Assembly: GCA_951406725.2 (NCBI GenBank)
Contig: OX597829.1
Location: 18,786,001 to 18,850,000, forward strand
Length of the DNA: 64,000 nt
From: Octopus vulgaris
Taxonomy: Eukaryota
Direction: 5' to 3'
Shown here: one piece after another, positions 35,262 to 48,927 of the stretch
How the letters are laid out: the number at the start of each line of letters is the position of its first letter
Position numbering within the stretch: position 1 is the first letter of the stretch
Position numbers and translations under genes: made by a program
The notes under the pieces: model-generated
Databases searched by the model: none
What the model was told of the DNA's origin: nothing
Seen by the model: the letters and a program-made list of their open reading frames with translations, nothing else

Positions 35262-35577
35262 GTATGTATGTATGTATGTATGTATGTATGTATGTATGTA
35301 TGTATGTATGTATGTATGTATGTATGTATGTATGTATGTATGTATGTATGTATGTATGTATGTATGTATGTATGTATGTATGTATGTATGTATGTATGTA
35401 TGTATGTATGTATGTATGTATGTATGTATGTATGTATGTATGTATGTATGTATGTATGTATGTATGTATGTATGTATGTATGTATGTATGTATGTATGTA
35501 TGTATGTATGTATGAATGTATGTATGTATGTATGTATGTACGTACGTACGTACGTACGTACGTAATGTATGTATGTA
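35262..35577. repeat. (ATGT)n tetranucleotide microsatellite, >60 perfect units then (ACGT)n
   Basis: Seen directly. Confidence 0.98.
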
Positions 35578-36381
35578 ACTGAATACGTTTTTTATTGTCC
35601 ACAAAGATATTGTTTATATGTTTGCTTCTTCTGGCTTTACTTGAGGTTTTGAGATTGAAACTGGTCTATCTGACTGCTTCCTTTCCTGTTCTTTATATTG
35701 CATAGAAAGACAACATATTTACAATCCATCTGGTACGTTCAGTGTTGACTAAAATCTATAGATGTATAACATTGCAACAAAACACTAATAAACAAGGCAG
35801 TAATTTATCAATCAGAATAGCTACTACCCAGAATGCATTATGAAAATCGATTTACTTAATCCCTTAATAATGGTAGGTTTATGAGTAATATCTCTGGATA
35901 GTTAAAGAAGGTACTCATTCATCGACGAAAGTGGTGGAGGTGCTGTATTCTATTGTTTCATTCTGCACATCTTGTCTGTGACTATCACATTACACTGTCT
36001 ATTCCTTGATGGAATTGCTATTGTAACTCCTAAGCATCAAGTACAAGACTAATGGCATAATTGGTTTGATTAGACGACGGTATGATTCGTCGATTTTAAT
36101 CCTCTGATATGGTTGCCCGGTTTGTTTCTCTTTAGTGACCACTCTCTTCTCTCTCAGCTCATTAAGGCTCTTTGCATATTTGTGTCCGCAGAGACAGGTT
36201 CTGTCAGCACCAGCTGCTGGAACTGACCACATAAGATATATATGTTTTTATAAAGCATTTTCAAAGAGCTGCGTATTGTCTCCTCCCAGTGTGTCTGTCT
36301 GTTTGTCTTCAGTCAGGCCAGTTCTTCTTTAACTCTGTGCATGTGTATGTTTGTGTGATTTGTGTGGATGTGTGTGATTCC

Positions 36382-36413
<32 letters not shown>

Positions 36414-36541
36414 ATTTCTGTGTGTGTGATTTCTGTGTGTGTGTGTGTGTGTGTATGTTTGTGTGTTGCTGGGCATTCTAGCACTGTCTTCATTTTCTTC
36501 CCAATCTCTAGCAGTATATATTTGTATCTGTCTGTCTGTTT

Positions 36542-36582
<41 letters not shown>

Positions 36583-36895
36583 ATCTGTCTGTTTGTCTGT
36601 TCTGCTTATCTGCCTGTCTACATATTCATCCATCTATCCCCATCTTCCCCCCCTCTCTCTCTACCTGCCTGTTTATCTATCCCTCCATCTCTCTATCTAT
36701 CTACACACATACATAATACAAACCCTATATATCATATATATATATATATATATGACAGAAGAAAAAGAAAGAGATAGAGAGACAGACAGACAGACAGTGG
36801 GAAGAACTGTTGAATGTATGTATTCCTTACAGTTTCCCTTAACCTTAACACAAACTGCTCCATATTTTTCACAATGCATAATATATGTGTACATA

Positions 36896-36939
<44 letters not shown>

Positions 36940-37063
36940 TACATACAAACATACATACATAAATACATGCATGCATACATACATACATACATACATACAT
37001 GCATACATACATGCATGCATATATACATACATACATACATACATGCATGCATGCATGCATACA

Positions 37064-37099
<36 letters not shown>

Positions 37100-37234
37100 C
37101 ATACATATTACATATGATATATATATATATATATATTATTATATATTGTATGTGTGTGTCTTTGCATGTATGTTATTCTTTGCACGTGCTTGCTTTTATC
37201 TGTAGGTTTTTTTGTTTTCTTTTTGTATTTTTGA

Positions 37235-37265
<31 letters not shown>

Positions 37266-38160
37266 GCTTGCTTGTTTATTATATCGAGACAGTTTTCAGT
37301 TTTCTTGATGAATATATTTCTGACTGGAGGAATCACATGACATATTTATGTTTATGGCTTTTCCATTGTCTTTTTTGTTGCTGTTGTTGTTTTCTTAGTC
37401 ATTAATGCCTATATCTGGTTGGTTAGTCAATATCTCTTCAATGGTTTACCACTTTATCTTTCTGTGCAATGTCTTCATGAGGTCTCCATTTCGTGAAGTG
37501 TGAGAAATTGACAGCCAATACGAAATCAAATTATTGATATACATCTTACAAGTAATTTCTATCGTCTCCGCTTTTGATTTTTTTTTTTTTTTTTTTTTTT
37601 TGTTTTGCTTTGTTTCTTTGCTTGAGAAGGGGTTGGTGAAGGGAGGGGTTCTATTTATTTTGTGTTTTTTTTTTCCATTCCTTTTTGTAGTTAGGGATGT
37701 AGTTTTTATTTTTTTAAAGTTTTTTTTTTTTTTAATAAAATTTGAGTTAAAGATTTAAATTTCTTCAGACATAATCTTCAATTTCCGCTTGATTGAGCAC
37801 GTCCATGTAGAAATACATATGGGCATACAAACCTATAAACACACACACACACATGCACACACATACATATATATATATATATAAGTCCGTTTCCTTGTTT
37901 GTTTTTATGTTTTCGTTTCTCGTTGTTTTCTATGTTTATTTGTGGTGTCCTGTACTCATATATATATATATATATGCATGTATATATACATATAGATGTA
38001 GGTATGTACATATATGTATGTATGTATGTATGCATATGTTTTATTTGTTAAATTGTTATTATATATATATATATATGTATATACACATATATATATGTAT
38101 ATACATATACATACATGCATACATACGTATATCTATCTATCAATCTATCTATCAATCTAT

Positions 38161-38203
<43 letters not shown>

Positions 38204-38208
38204 TATAT

Positions 38209-38280
<72 letters not shown>

Positions 38281-38823
38281 CAAGTACCTCTAATGACTGT
38301 TTATCATGGAATCGGTTATTTGTATCGTCACTTAAATATTTTTGCATTTTTTTTTTATTTCTCTCCTATTGGCTGAATTTCTTTGTATGTCATGCTTGTA
38401 TGCTAGGGATGTATGCCAGTTTTCAATGTCATACTTGTTTATCATCTATGTTATACTGTTTTGAAATTTCGATGCACGGCCAGCCATTTCTGAGGAGGGA
38501 GATATAAATCAATTACATTGACCCAAGTATTCAGCTGGTACCTGTTTTATTGACCCCGAATGGATGAAAGGCAAAGTCAACTTCAGCAAAAATTGAACTC
38601 AGAATGTAAAGACATGAAATATTGCAAAGCATTTTGTGTAGCATGATAACGATTCTGCTAGCTTGTTGCCTTATCATCGATGTGTATCATTTATATACTA
38701 GCTGGCATCATAATATCAAAAGTGACGGCTAATTATAGTATTATATATATAAATATGGATGGTAAAGCAAATTAATACACATGTCAATGTTCACATATAT
38801 TCACACATACTTCCCTTGTACAT

Positions 38824-38860
<37 letters not shown>

Positions 38861-39159
38861 CTCGCGCAGAGTTGAAACCCTGTTTGATTTTTTCTTTTCA
38901 GCATTGAATGTTCACCATCTCACTACCAGTTTGCCATCACCCCTTCCTTCCTTATTCATCTATCGCCCCCTTCTTTTCTCATTCATATGTTGTGACAGAG
39001 AGAAACACGACTATCATTATAGTAGGTGCCATTCTGTATGCACCTTTGTTGTATATCTTTTACTTGTTTCAGTCTTCTGGACTGTGGCCATCCTGGGTCA
39101 CTGCCTGGAAGGATTTTACTGAAATAAATCAACTCCTGTACTTATTTGTACTTATTGTA

Positions 39160-39356
39160 TTCTTTTATTCTTTTATTTGTTTCATTCATTTGACTGCAGC
39201 CATGCTGGAGCACTGCCTTTAGTTGAAGAAATCAACCCCAGGACTTATTCTTTGTAAGCCTGTTACTTATTCTATCAGTCTCTTTTGCTGAACCACCAAG
39301 TTACAAGGACGTAAACACACCAACATCAGTTCTTAAGTGATGGTGGGACAAACACA

Positions 39357-39394
<38 letters not shown>

Positions 39395-39550
39395 ACAGGC
39401 TTCTTTCAGTTTCCGTCTGCCAAATCTGCTCACGAGGCTTTGCTCGGCCTGAGGTTATAGTAGAAGACACTTATCAAAGGTGCCACACAGTGGGACTGAA
39501 CCTAGAGCCATGTGGTTGGTAAGCAAGCTACTTACCACACAGCCACATCC
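39160..39550 (-). mobile_element. SINE family A
   Basis: Family A motifs. Confidence 0.85.
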
Positions 39551-39982
39551 AGCCTTAAAATCCTTGCCAAAACAGACATAGAAACCTGGTGCAGTCTTCT
39601 GCTTGGCTAGCTCATGTCAAACTGTCCAACCCATACCAACATGGAAAGCAGATACTGAATGATGCGGAGGAAGAGGATAATACACATACATATATATAAT
39701 ATATACATATTATATTACACACAGACACACACACGCATTTTACATACAAGGATGTTATACAGATATATGTTTGCACCCTGCCCCCCCCCCCATTGCTTGA
39801 CAACCAAGGTTGGTGTGTTTACATCCCTGTAATTTAGTGGTTTGGCAAAAGAGATTGATACAATAAGTACTAGGCTTACAAAGAATAAGTCCTGGGGTCA
39901 TTTTCCTCGACTACAGGCAGTGCTCTACCATGGTCGTAGTCAAATGACTGAAACAAGTAAAAGAATATATATAAAAACATAT

Positions 39983-40145
39983 ACTGTTGTGTCTAGGGAG
40001 AGTCATTCTCTTTTAATGCCTCATTAGTTTAACACACTCTCTGGTTCAATTTCCACTCATTTACTTATTTATTTTTCCTAAAATATTTCTTACGTCTTGC
40101 AACCTTTGCAATAGTTGTTGACTCTGTCCATTATCCAAGTTGCGT
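39983..40145 (-). mobile_element. Relative of the 8028-8155 repeat, hammerhead-like motif at ~40076-40115
   Basis: Minus strand ACTA TTGCAAA G GTTGC AAGAC GTAA GAAA TATTT TAGG. Confidence 0.45.
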
Positions 40146-40333
40146 TCTTTTTTTTTGTTTGTGCGTATGTGTGTGCGTCAGTGTGTGTGTGCGCATACAT
40201 ATGTACATATGTATATATGCATGTATTATGTGTGTGTGTGTGTGTGTGTATGTATATATGTATGTGTGTACATTTGTATGTTGTATTCTACATATTCATG
40301 TGTTTGTGTATTCATGTTTGTGTATTCATGCTT

Positions 40334-40367
<34 letters not shown>

Positions 40368-40559
40368 ATTAAGTAAATATATATATGCATATATTCTGAG
40401 TTCAAATTCCGCTGAGGTTGACTTTGCCTTTCATCCTTTCAGGGTTGATTAAATGAGTGCCAGTTACACACTAGGGTCGATGTAATCGACTTAATTCCTT
40501 TGTCTGTCCTTGTTTGTCCCCTCTATGTTTAACCCTCTGTGGGCAATAAAATGATGATG

Positions 40560-40605
<46 letters not shown>

Positions 40606-41007
40606 GTTTGTGTATTTATATATGTGTGTGTGTTTGTATATATGTATATCTATATATTTGTGTGTGTGTGTGTGCATTTTTGTGTATGTGTGTTTTTGTA
40701 TATATGTGTTTGTGTGTGTAAATACAGAAATTGTACATATGTTTGTATGATAAAGACATTGTTTACACTGTTTCTAAAAATGAACCAAAATATAAACAAA
40801 TAACGTGAGTAATGGAATTCACGTGAATCTTCAGAACCAAATTTTGTTTATAAGGATTTCCTTTTCTCTACAATTGGTTTCTGCAATATCTATGTTCATG
40901 CATGGGTTGTGGATGGGGGAAAGAAAAGTTCTAAAATTTGGCGCGAGTATTTTGCACCAGGTACCTAGTAAAAGTACCTAGGAAATGGTACCTAGTAAAA
41001 GGTACTC

Positions 41008-41842
41008 TTAACCCTTTAGTGTTTAAACTGGCCATATCTGGTCCAAAATATTCTACTTGCTTTATATTAACCCTTTTGTTACCATCCTGGCTGAAACCGA
41101 CTCTGGTTCTGAGTACAAATGTCTTGTTTTCATTAGTTTTAAATTAAAACCTTCCACCAAACCTTAGTCACAATTTATGTTCCTAACACCAGCTTAATGA
41201 TAACTAAGTTATTTTTCTAAATTCTTTGTTATATTTAAAGTAATTGAAAGAAACACAGATCATCCCAAAATAAATACAGTAATGAAAGGGTTAAAAAAGA
41301 CCAGATCCAGCTTATCCTCAAAATCTAAATGCTATGAGATAATGCATGATTGATTCAAAGTAATGTAAATAAAGAAAGATTATATTTGACAGAGTAATTT
41401 CAATGCTAAAGGGTTAAACCAGACATACCCAGCTCAAATATTTTACTTGTTTTATGTTCAAACTAGTCAGATCCAGCCTCTCATACCTACCCTACAACAT
41501 CATTCTAACACTAAACAATCACATCACTGAAATCTTGAAGCTATGAGATAATCCATGATTTATACAAAACAATGTGAATAAATAGACATTATATTTGACA
41601 TATATAACCTGAATACTAAAAGGTTAAACCAGCCATATCTGGCCCAAGTATTCTGGCTGTTTTATATTCAAACTGACCTGATCTGACATCTCACTCTTAT
41701 CCTACTATGAAATTCTAAAATTAAATAATCACATCATTGAAATGTCAAAGCTATAAGATAATGTGTGATTAATTCTAAAACAATGTGGATAAATAAATGA
41801 GCATTACATTTGATAGAATAATCAGAACGCTTAAAGAGTTAA
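41008..41842. mobile_element. Tandem trimer of TTAA MITE with a second TTAA MITE (41067-41294) nested in unit 1
   Basis: Units end AAAGGGTTAA/AAAAGGTTAA/AAAGAGTTAA at ~41417, 41627, 41842; nested element TTAACCCTTTTGTTAC...GTAATGAAAGGGTTAA. Confidence 0.75.
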
Positions 41843-41960
41843 TAACAACTTAGTGCCATGTTTCCTTCAATAAAACAATCACTGCACAATATCAGAGAAA
41901 AACATGCTTATTTACATTATTTACATTTGACGGATATTTGTCCTCATCCTGTTTGTTGTT

Positions 41961-42006
41961 AACACAATATTTCGGCTGATATACCCTCCAGCCTTCATCA
42001 GGTGTC
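41961..42006 (-). ncRNA. Second hammerhead copy, CpG-decayed stem III
   Basis: GACAC CTGATGA A GGCTG...CAGCC GAAA TATT GTGTT. Confidence 0.7.
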
Positions 42007-42209
42007 TTGGGAAATTTAAAACCTGGGTTCTCATTCCTAAGGTATTTTGTGACATCGTCGTCGTCGTCGTCATCATCATTCACTGCCTGGAATTGAACTC
42101 AGAATCTTGGGATGAGTAGCCTGTGCTCACTATGCCATATGCCCGTGAGAATAATAATAACATCACAAAATACCTTAGGAATGAGAACCAAGGTTCGAAA
42201 TTTTCCCAA

Positions 42210-42255
42210 GACACCTGATGAAGGCTGGAGGGTATATCAGCCGAAACGTTGTGTC
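42210..42255 (+). ncRNA. Minimal type I hammerhead ribozyme motif, canonical core
   Basis: GACAC CTGATGA A GGCTG GAGGGTATAT CAGCC GAAA CGTT GTGTC: perfect stems I and II, palindromic AACGTT stem III. Confidence 0.8.
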
Positions 42256-43394
42256 GACAACAAACAAGATGAGGGCAAATATCCGTCAAATGTAAATAAT
42301 GTACATAATTCCTCATCTCTTAAATATAGAACTGTAAAAACAGGCTTGTTCTATACAGTTCCTACATTAGAACAACAACAACACAAATAAAAACATCCCC
42401 CTTTCAGCATTTAGACTAGTCATATCTGGCCCAAATATTCTCCTTGTTTTATGTTCAAACTGACCAGGTCCAGCCTCTCACACCATGCCTACAATGTCTT
42501 TCTAAAAATAAGCAAATACATCATTGAAATTTTGAAGCTACAAGAAAGGTTGTGATTAATTGCAAAGAATATAAATAAATAAGCATTACGATTGACTGAG
42601 TAATCTGAATGCTAGACGGTTAATCATTCCTGACTTGGGGGTTAAGCATCAATAGGGATTAATACCTAATTATAACTAATTACAACCATAACCATTTACA
42701 ATTTAATCTCTTAATTTTTTTTACTTTTTTCAGTCATTGCACCGTGGTCATGCTGGGGCACCACCTTGAAGAATTTTTAGTCGAACGCATTGATCCCCAG
42801 TACCTATTTTTAAGACTGATACTTTTTTATTGATCTATTTTGCTGAACTGCTAAGTTATGGGGACATAAGCACACCAGTCCCAGTTGTCAAGTGATGGGG
42901 GTGGGAACAGACACAGGCACAAATACACACACACACAGACAGGTGAGCATATAAGTGCAAAACAAAATGGAAAAAATAGTACTGGAATACCAAAGGTAGA
43001 GTAATATTCTTTTATTAAAGCTGCAAATTCTCATATATATGTGTGTGTGTGTCTTTGTGCTTATGTTTGTCTCCCACCACTGTTGGACAACTGGTGTTGG
43101 TTTGTTTACATCCTTGTAAGTTAGCAGTTCAGCATAAGAGCCTAAGTACCAACTTTTAAAAAATAATGTTCTGGGTTGATTTGTTTGACTAAAAACCCTT
43201 CAAGGCCCTCCCCAGCACTGTTCAATCACAGAAACAAGTTTCAAAATAAAAAGAGTAAAACTGCATGCATTCTGTAGAACTTTCCGGATGCTGACAGTTG
43301 CTCAATCTGAATGATGGATGTCTCAGAATATAACCCTGCAGAATTCAAAATCAAAAATTGCATTAATTTTTTTTTTTATTAATTTTATATTGCA

Positions 43395-43817
43395 CTAGCA
43401 GTATCACCCGGTGTTGCTTGGGTTTGTTTCGACCCTTTAGAATTGGAATTTTTGAAAAGTAAAAATTTTGCATTATGCAACTTGTTATTCTCTTCAAGTG
43501 AACATTTTCCCAGTTGAAATACACCGAAAAATGGTGACACAGCAGTCAGAATCGTAAAAAATAGGGATTTTCATAGAAAAAAAGCACCTTTTTGATGTAA
43601 ATAATTTTTGGTGTTAACATGGTCCGATTTGAATTTTATCTTCTACAGAATGAAGAGCAAGCCTTCTTCTATCATACTCTCAGTTTTGGTCAACTTGCAC
43701 TGCAGGGTCTCGAAGGAGCCGGGAAGTTAAACACACAGACACACACACACAGATACACACACAGACACACATACAAATACACACACAGACACACAAGTTG
43801 AGTTTTATATATATAGA
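43395..43817 (-). mobile_element. Non-autonomous Helitron
   Basis: Minus strand A|TCTATATATATAAAACTC ... CCCAAGCAACACCGGG hairpin, ATACTGCTAG|T; 3' ~30 bp shared with 4009-4402. Confidence 0.85.
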
Positions 43818-44411
43818 TTTTCTGCAACAATGGGACAATGGGACAATACATTTATGATGGTACCAATAAAAAGGGAGTGTCTGTGTAATTTTGGCAGAAC
43901 AAATAAAGGAAGGGACTTCATCTTGAAGCAGCTGTTTATTATTGTTTCCTTGCAATTTGTTTTATTGAAATTCTTCAACCTTTGACTCTCCAGCATGCTG
44001 TCCCCTCTCTGTTTCTTCTGCTGCTTCTACATTGTCTCAGAGTTGGCCCATCTTGTGCTTCTCTCAGAGCAGGCCCATCTTGTGCTAACTACACTCAGGC
44101 ATTCCTCTCCTCTTCCTTTTTAATTCTGTTCATTTTGTCTTCACCCTGCTCCCTCTGTTTATACAATAGCCACAACAGACAATTCTTTCTTTCCCAGAAT
44201 GTTATGCCACCAGGATTCCCACCTGGCATGGTTTTTTTGTCTGTTTGTTTATGTTTGGGTTTTTTTTTTTTTCTCCCTTTAGTTGTTGTTTTCATTTGTT
44301 CATGATGAATGTTTACAGCACTGATTTTACCAGTCTTGGGAAAGTTGCAAAGGCCAAGGATACGACTCCTTCATCTAAAGGAATAAAAACAATATTGCTG
44401 AAAAATATTTA

Positions 44412-44805
44412 CGGCTGTATGGTAAGTAGCTTGTTTACCAACCACATGGTTCTGGGTTCAGTCCCACTGTGTGACATCTTGGGCAAGTGTCTTCTACTAT
44501 AGCCCCAGGCTGACCTAAGCCTTGTGAGTGGATTTGGTGGACGGAAACTGAAAGAAGGCTGTCGTATATATGCATATATATATGTGTGTGTGTGTGTATA
44601 TGTTTGTGTATCTGTGTTTGTCCCCCCAACACCGCTTGACAACCGATGCTGGTGTGTTTGCGTCCCCATAACTTAGCAGTTCAGCAAAAGACACCGATAG
44701 AATAAGTACTAGGCTTACAAAGGACAAGTCCTGGGGTCAATTTGCTTGACTAAAGGTGGTGCTCCAGCATGGCTGCAGTCAAATGACTCAAACAAGTAAA
44801 AGAGT
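44412..44805 (+). mobile_element. SINE family A
   Basis: Family A motifs. Confidence 0.85.
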
Positions 44806-45167
44806 ATGCATACATACATACACACATACATACATACATTCATACATACATACATACATACATACATACATACATACATACATACATACATACATACATA
44901 CATGTACATGCACACATGAATACATACATAGATATACATATACTTGCATGTATAAATACACACATACACACACATGGGTATACATGCATACATACATACA
45001 CACATACATACATACACACATACACACACATGCACACACATATGCATATATACACACACGCGTTATATATATATATATTCATACACACAAACGCATACAT
45101 CTATATACATATACATATACATGCTCACACACCTACACATGCATACACACTCACACACACATACATT

Positions 45168-45375
45168 CGAAGGGATGCTGAAAAGTTCCTGGCTTTGAGT
45201 AAAAGAAAATACAAAATATATAATTTTATTCAACATATTCCCCCTCTCAGATTTGCACACTTATTGCAGTGGCCCTTCAGTTTTTCTAAGCCCTGCAAAA
45301 GAACTCAGATGATTGGGCCTTCAACCAAACCTTTCGCAATATTCTTAAAGCCAGGATCCTCCCAGCATCCCCTCA
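45168..45375. mobile_element. Mariner-type MITE (~208 bp)
   Basis: TIRs CGAAGGGATGCTGAAAAGTTCCTGGCTTT / AAAGCCAGGATCCTCCCAGCATCCCCTCA|TA. Confidence 0.75.
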
Positions 45376-45607
45376 TACATTTATTCTTTTCTATTCTAGG
45401 CACAAAGCCTGAAAATTTGGGGGAAGGGGCCAGTTGATTAGATCGACCCCAGTACTCATCTAGTACTTAATTTATCAACCCCGAAAGGATGAAAAGCAAA
45501 GTCGACCTCAGCAGAATTTGAACTCAGAACGTAAAGACAGATGAACCCTCATACATATATTATAAAGGCACAAGTTAAAGAGGTTAGGTCATTAGACTCC
45601 TGGGTGG

Positions 45608-45672
<65 letters not shown>

Positions 45673-46166
45673 TAGCTATAGTACGGGACTGATACTTTGT
45701 TTACCAACCCCCAAAAAATGAAAGATAAAGTTAACCTTGATGGGATTTGAACTCAGAGCATGAAGCACCACCCTAACGAAATACCACAAAGTGTTTGTTT
45801 TTTGCTCAATGCTCTAAGAATTCTGCTAATCCACACCACCAACATCAACAATATTTGTTTGATGGCTGAACAAAATGGCAAAATTTGGACCCTGTCCAAC
45901 AAAACAGTTATTTTGTATTCTCAAAAGAGATGCAAGTGTAGCATATCCAATATGTTGGACAGATGTGTGATTTAACAATTCCGAAACATTTGATCAGTCA
46001 CCGCTGTGTCAAAGAGCCACTCATACAGGGATGATTGAGATTACACAGTCGCAACAATAGCAACAGCAACAACACAGCACCATTATTATCAAAAAACAGC
46101 ACATTTCTTTCTCGACATGCTTGTTGGCATTTCCTGTGAATTTTCCTTTATGTAAAATATTTTTTT

Positions 46167-46785
46167 TGTGTGTGTGTGTTTCAGTATGCATGTGTGTGTG
46201 TGTGTGTGTGTATGTGTATGCATATGTATGTTTGAGTATGTGTGTGTGTGTGTGTGTAGGTGCATGTGTGTATATGAGTATGCATGTGTATGTGTGTGTG
46301 TATGAGTATGTGTGTGTATGAGTATGTGTGTGTAGGTGCATGTGTGTATGTGCATGTGTGTGTATGAGTATGCATACATGCGTGTTTCAGTATGTGTGTA
46401 TGTATGTGTGTACGAGTATGCATGGGTGTGTTTGCATATGCGTGCATGTGTGTGAGTGTGTATGTGCATGTATGAGTATGCATGTGTGTGAGAGTGTGAA
46501 CAGTAAATGCAAAAAAGTATTGTGTGTGTGAATGTGTGCATGCATGTGTATGAGCATGCATATGTATGTGTATGCATGTGTGTGTGTGTATGCACACAAA
46601 AAGTGTTGCGTGTGTGTGTGAATGTGTGCATATGTGTGAGTATGCATGCATATGTATGAGTATGTATGTATGTGTTTGAATGTGTTTATATGTGTGAAAA
46701 TAGTGCATGTGTGAAAGTGTAATAAGTACAAAAAAATGTGTATGTGTGTGTGTGTGTGTGTGTATTGTAATGTGTGTGTGTGTGC
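46167..46785. repeat. Long degenerate (TG/TATG)n simple repeat
   Basis: Seen directly. Confidence 0.9.
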
Positions 46786-46936
46786 CCTTTCATTTTTGTA
46801 TGGAGATGCAACAACAAAGTCAATTGAATAAAGAAATATGTTTAGTGAAGCTGAACTTTACAATAGTTTAAAGTATTGTGTTAAAAGAAATGTTTGCTTA
46901 AAGACTGTCGTGTTAAAATAAATCACATTATATATA

Positions 46937-47345
46937 TCATCATCATCATCATCATCGTTTAACGTCCATTCTCCATGCTAGCATGGGTTGGACGGTTTGA
47001 CCGGGGATCTGGGAAGCCAGAAGGCTGCACCAGGCTCCGGTCTTATCTGGCAATGTTTCTACAGCTGGATGCCCTTCCTAACGCCAACCACTCCATGAGT
47101 GTAGTGGGTGCTTTTTACGTGCCACCTGCACTGGTGCCAGGCGAGGCTGGCATCGGCCACGATTCGGATGGTGCTGTTTACGTGCCACCGACACGGAAGC
47201 CAGTCGAGGCGGCGCTGGCATCGGCCACGATTCGGATAGTGCTTTTTACGTATCTCCAGTCCAGGGGTCCTGGCATCTGCCGGGTGCCAGTCATAGGATT
47301 GGTTCAATTTCGATTCTGATTTCACTTGCCCCAACAGGTCTTCAT
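46937..47345 (-). mobile_element. SINE-like family C
   Basis: (CAT)n tail, core, internal repeats. Confidence 0.85.
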
Positions 47346-47401
47346 ATAAATATATATATATTTGCCTCCTTTTATATTTATATATATATATATATAAATA
47401 T

Positions 47402-47433
<32 letters not shown>

Positions 47434-48144
47434 CACACATATATATAAATATATATGTATATTATTTATATATATATATATAAATAAATATATATATATT
47501 TATTTATATATACTCTTTGTTTTTGTCACGTTTGAGTTATCATAAATAATGCAACAGATTGGCAGAGCAATCAGACTATTGGATAAGCTTGGCCAGCACT
47601 CCTCTTTCTCTCTCTCTCTTTCTATCTATCTCTATGCTCTGAGTTCAAATCTCACTGGGGTCAGCTTTACCTGCCTTCCTCTTGGTAGTGACAGTGGTGG
47701 TGGTGGTGGTGGTGGTTTGTATAGTTGTGGTGGTGTTGGTGGAAGTGTTGGCGGTAGTGGTGATGGTGTAGTAGATGGTGTGGTGGAAGTGGCATCAGTA
47801 GTGATGGTGAGAGGGTCGATAAAATAAAGTTCCATTCAAAATATTGGGTGGTGCATTGGATGTTTTGCAGGATGTGGCAAGCTGCAAGTCTGCATCAAAC
47901 TCCAATGGCACCTTTGTCATGGTTTCTATGCTCAGATGCTCTTCTTCCTAATGCTAACCACTTTATAATATGTAATGGGTGCTTTCCATTTTTCTGTGGC
48001 ATCAGTATTAGTTAACTTGTAAAAGAACTTGGAAGGTTGGACCTCCAGCCAGGCCTTTTGCAATATCCTTACAGCAAGGAACTTTCCAGCACCTCCTGCC
48101 AAAACAGTTACAGAAGTCTGGTGCAGGCTTCTGCCTGGCCGGAT

Positions 48145-48416
48145 CGTGGTAAGTAGCTTGTATACCAACCACATGGTTCCGGGTTCAGTCCCACTGCGTG
48201 GCACCTTAGGCAAGTGTCTTCTACTATAGCCTCGGGCCGACCAAAGCCTTGTGAGTGGGTTTGGTAGACGGAAACTGAAAGAAGCCCGTCGTATATATGT
48301 ATATATACAATTGTATATATTGTAGTAATTTAATTTTATTTAATTTATATAAATTTTTTATGTATTGGATTAAGTCTTTCTTTGTTTGATTTGCATAATA
48401 GTGGTTTTGTCTCTAA

Positions 48417-48451
<35 letters not shown>

Positions 48452-48667
48452 CGTGTGTGTGTTTGTGTGTCTGTGTTTGTCCCCCTAGCATTGCTTGGTA
48501 TGTTTATGTCCCTGTTAGTTAGCGGTTCGACAAAGGAGATCGATAGAATAAGTACTGGGCTTACAAAAGAATAAGTCCCAGGGTCGAGTTGCTCGACCAG
48601 AGGCGGTGCTCCAGCATGGCTGCAGTCGAATGACTGAAACAAGTAAAAGAGTAAAAAGAGTAAAGAG
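48145..48667 (+). mobile_element. SINE family A with AT-rich insert in the central microsatellite
   Basis: Family A halves separated by ~48305-48450. Confidence 0.85.
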
Positions 48668-48927
48668 TATGCCAGCATGGAAGGCAGACATTAAACAGTG
48701 GTGATGATGATGATTGTTGTTTGTTTCTTCCCAAGCTATGCCTGGCTCATAAGGGCTGGTTTCTCGGTTTCATTGGCGTATAGGTTCTCCACCTGGAAAA
48801 GACGCTGGTCCATTGCAGGTGAGCTGCTAGGTGCAGGAGGGGAGAGTGAGAGAAAGTTGTGGTGAAAGAGCCAGCAGAAGTTTGCCATTACCTTCTGCCG
48901 GAGCTGTTTCAGACATGTTTTTTATTA

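Larger units (their letters stand above)
41908..42336. mobile_element. Inverted pair of hammerhead-bearing repeats flanking a tRNA-like head (42081-42144, - strand)
   Basis: Arms 41908-42052 and 42163-42305 are reverse complements; spacer minus strand GGGCATATGGCATAGTG...GAGTTCAATTCCAGG (A/B-box-like). Confidence 0.8.

Noticed and set aside
35158-35604. YVCM/HTYI repeat ORFs (also 36697-37308, 44715-45437, 46021-46731)
   Set aside because: Microsatellite translations
38282-38333. Possible hammerhead (CTAATGA...GGAATCGG, AAGTAC/GTCACTT)
   Set aside because: Too degenerate: no GAAA and no clean stem II
40960-41005. Short GGTACCTAGTAAAA repeat as a binding-site array
   Set aside because: Only about 3 units, consistent with local slippage
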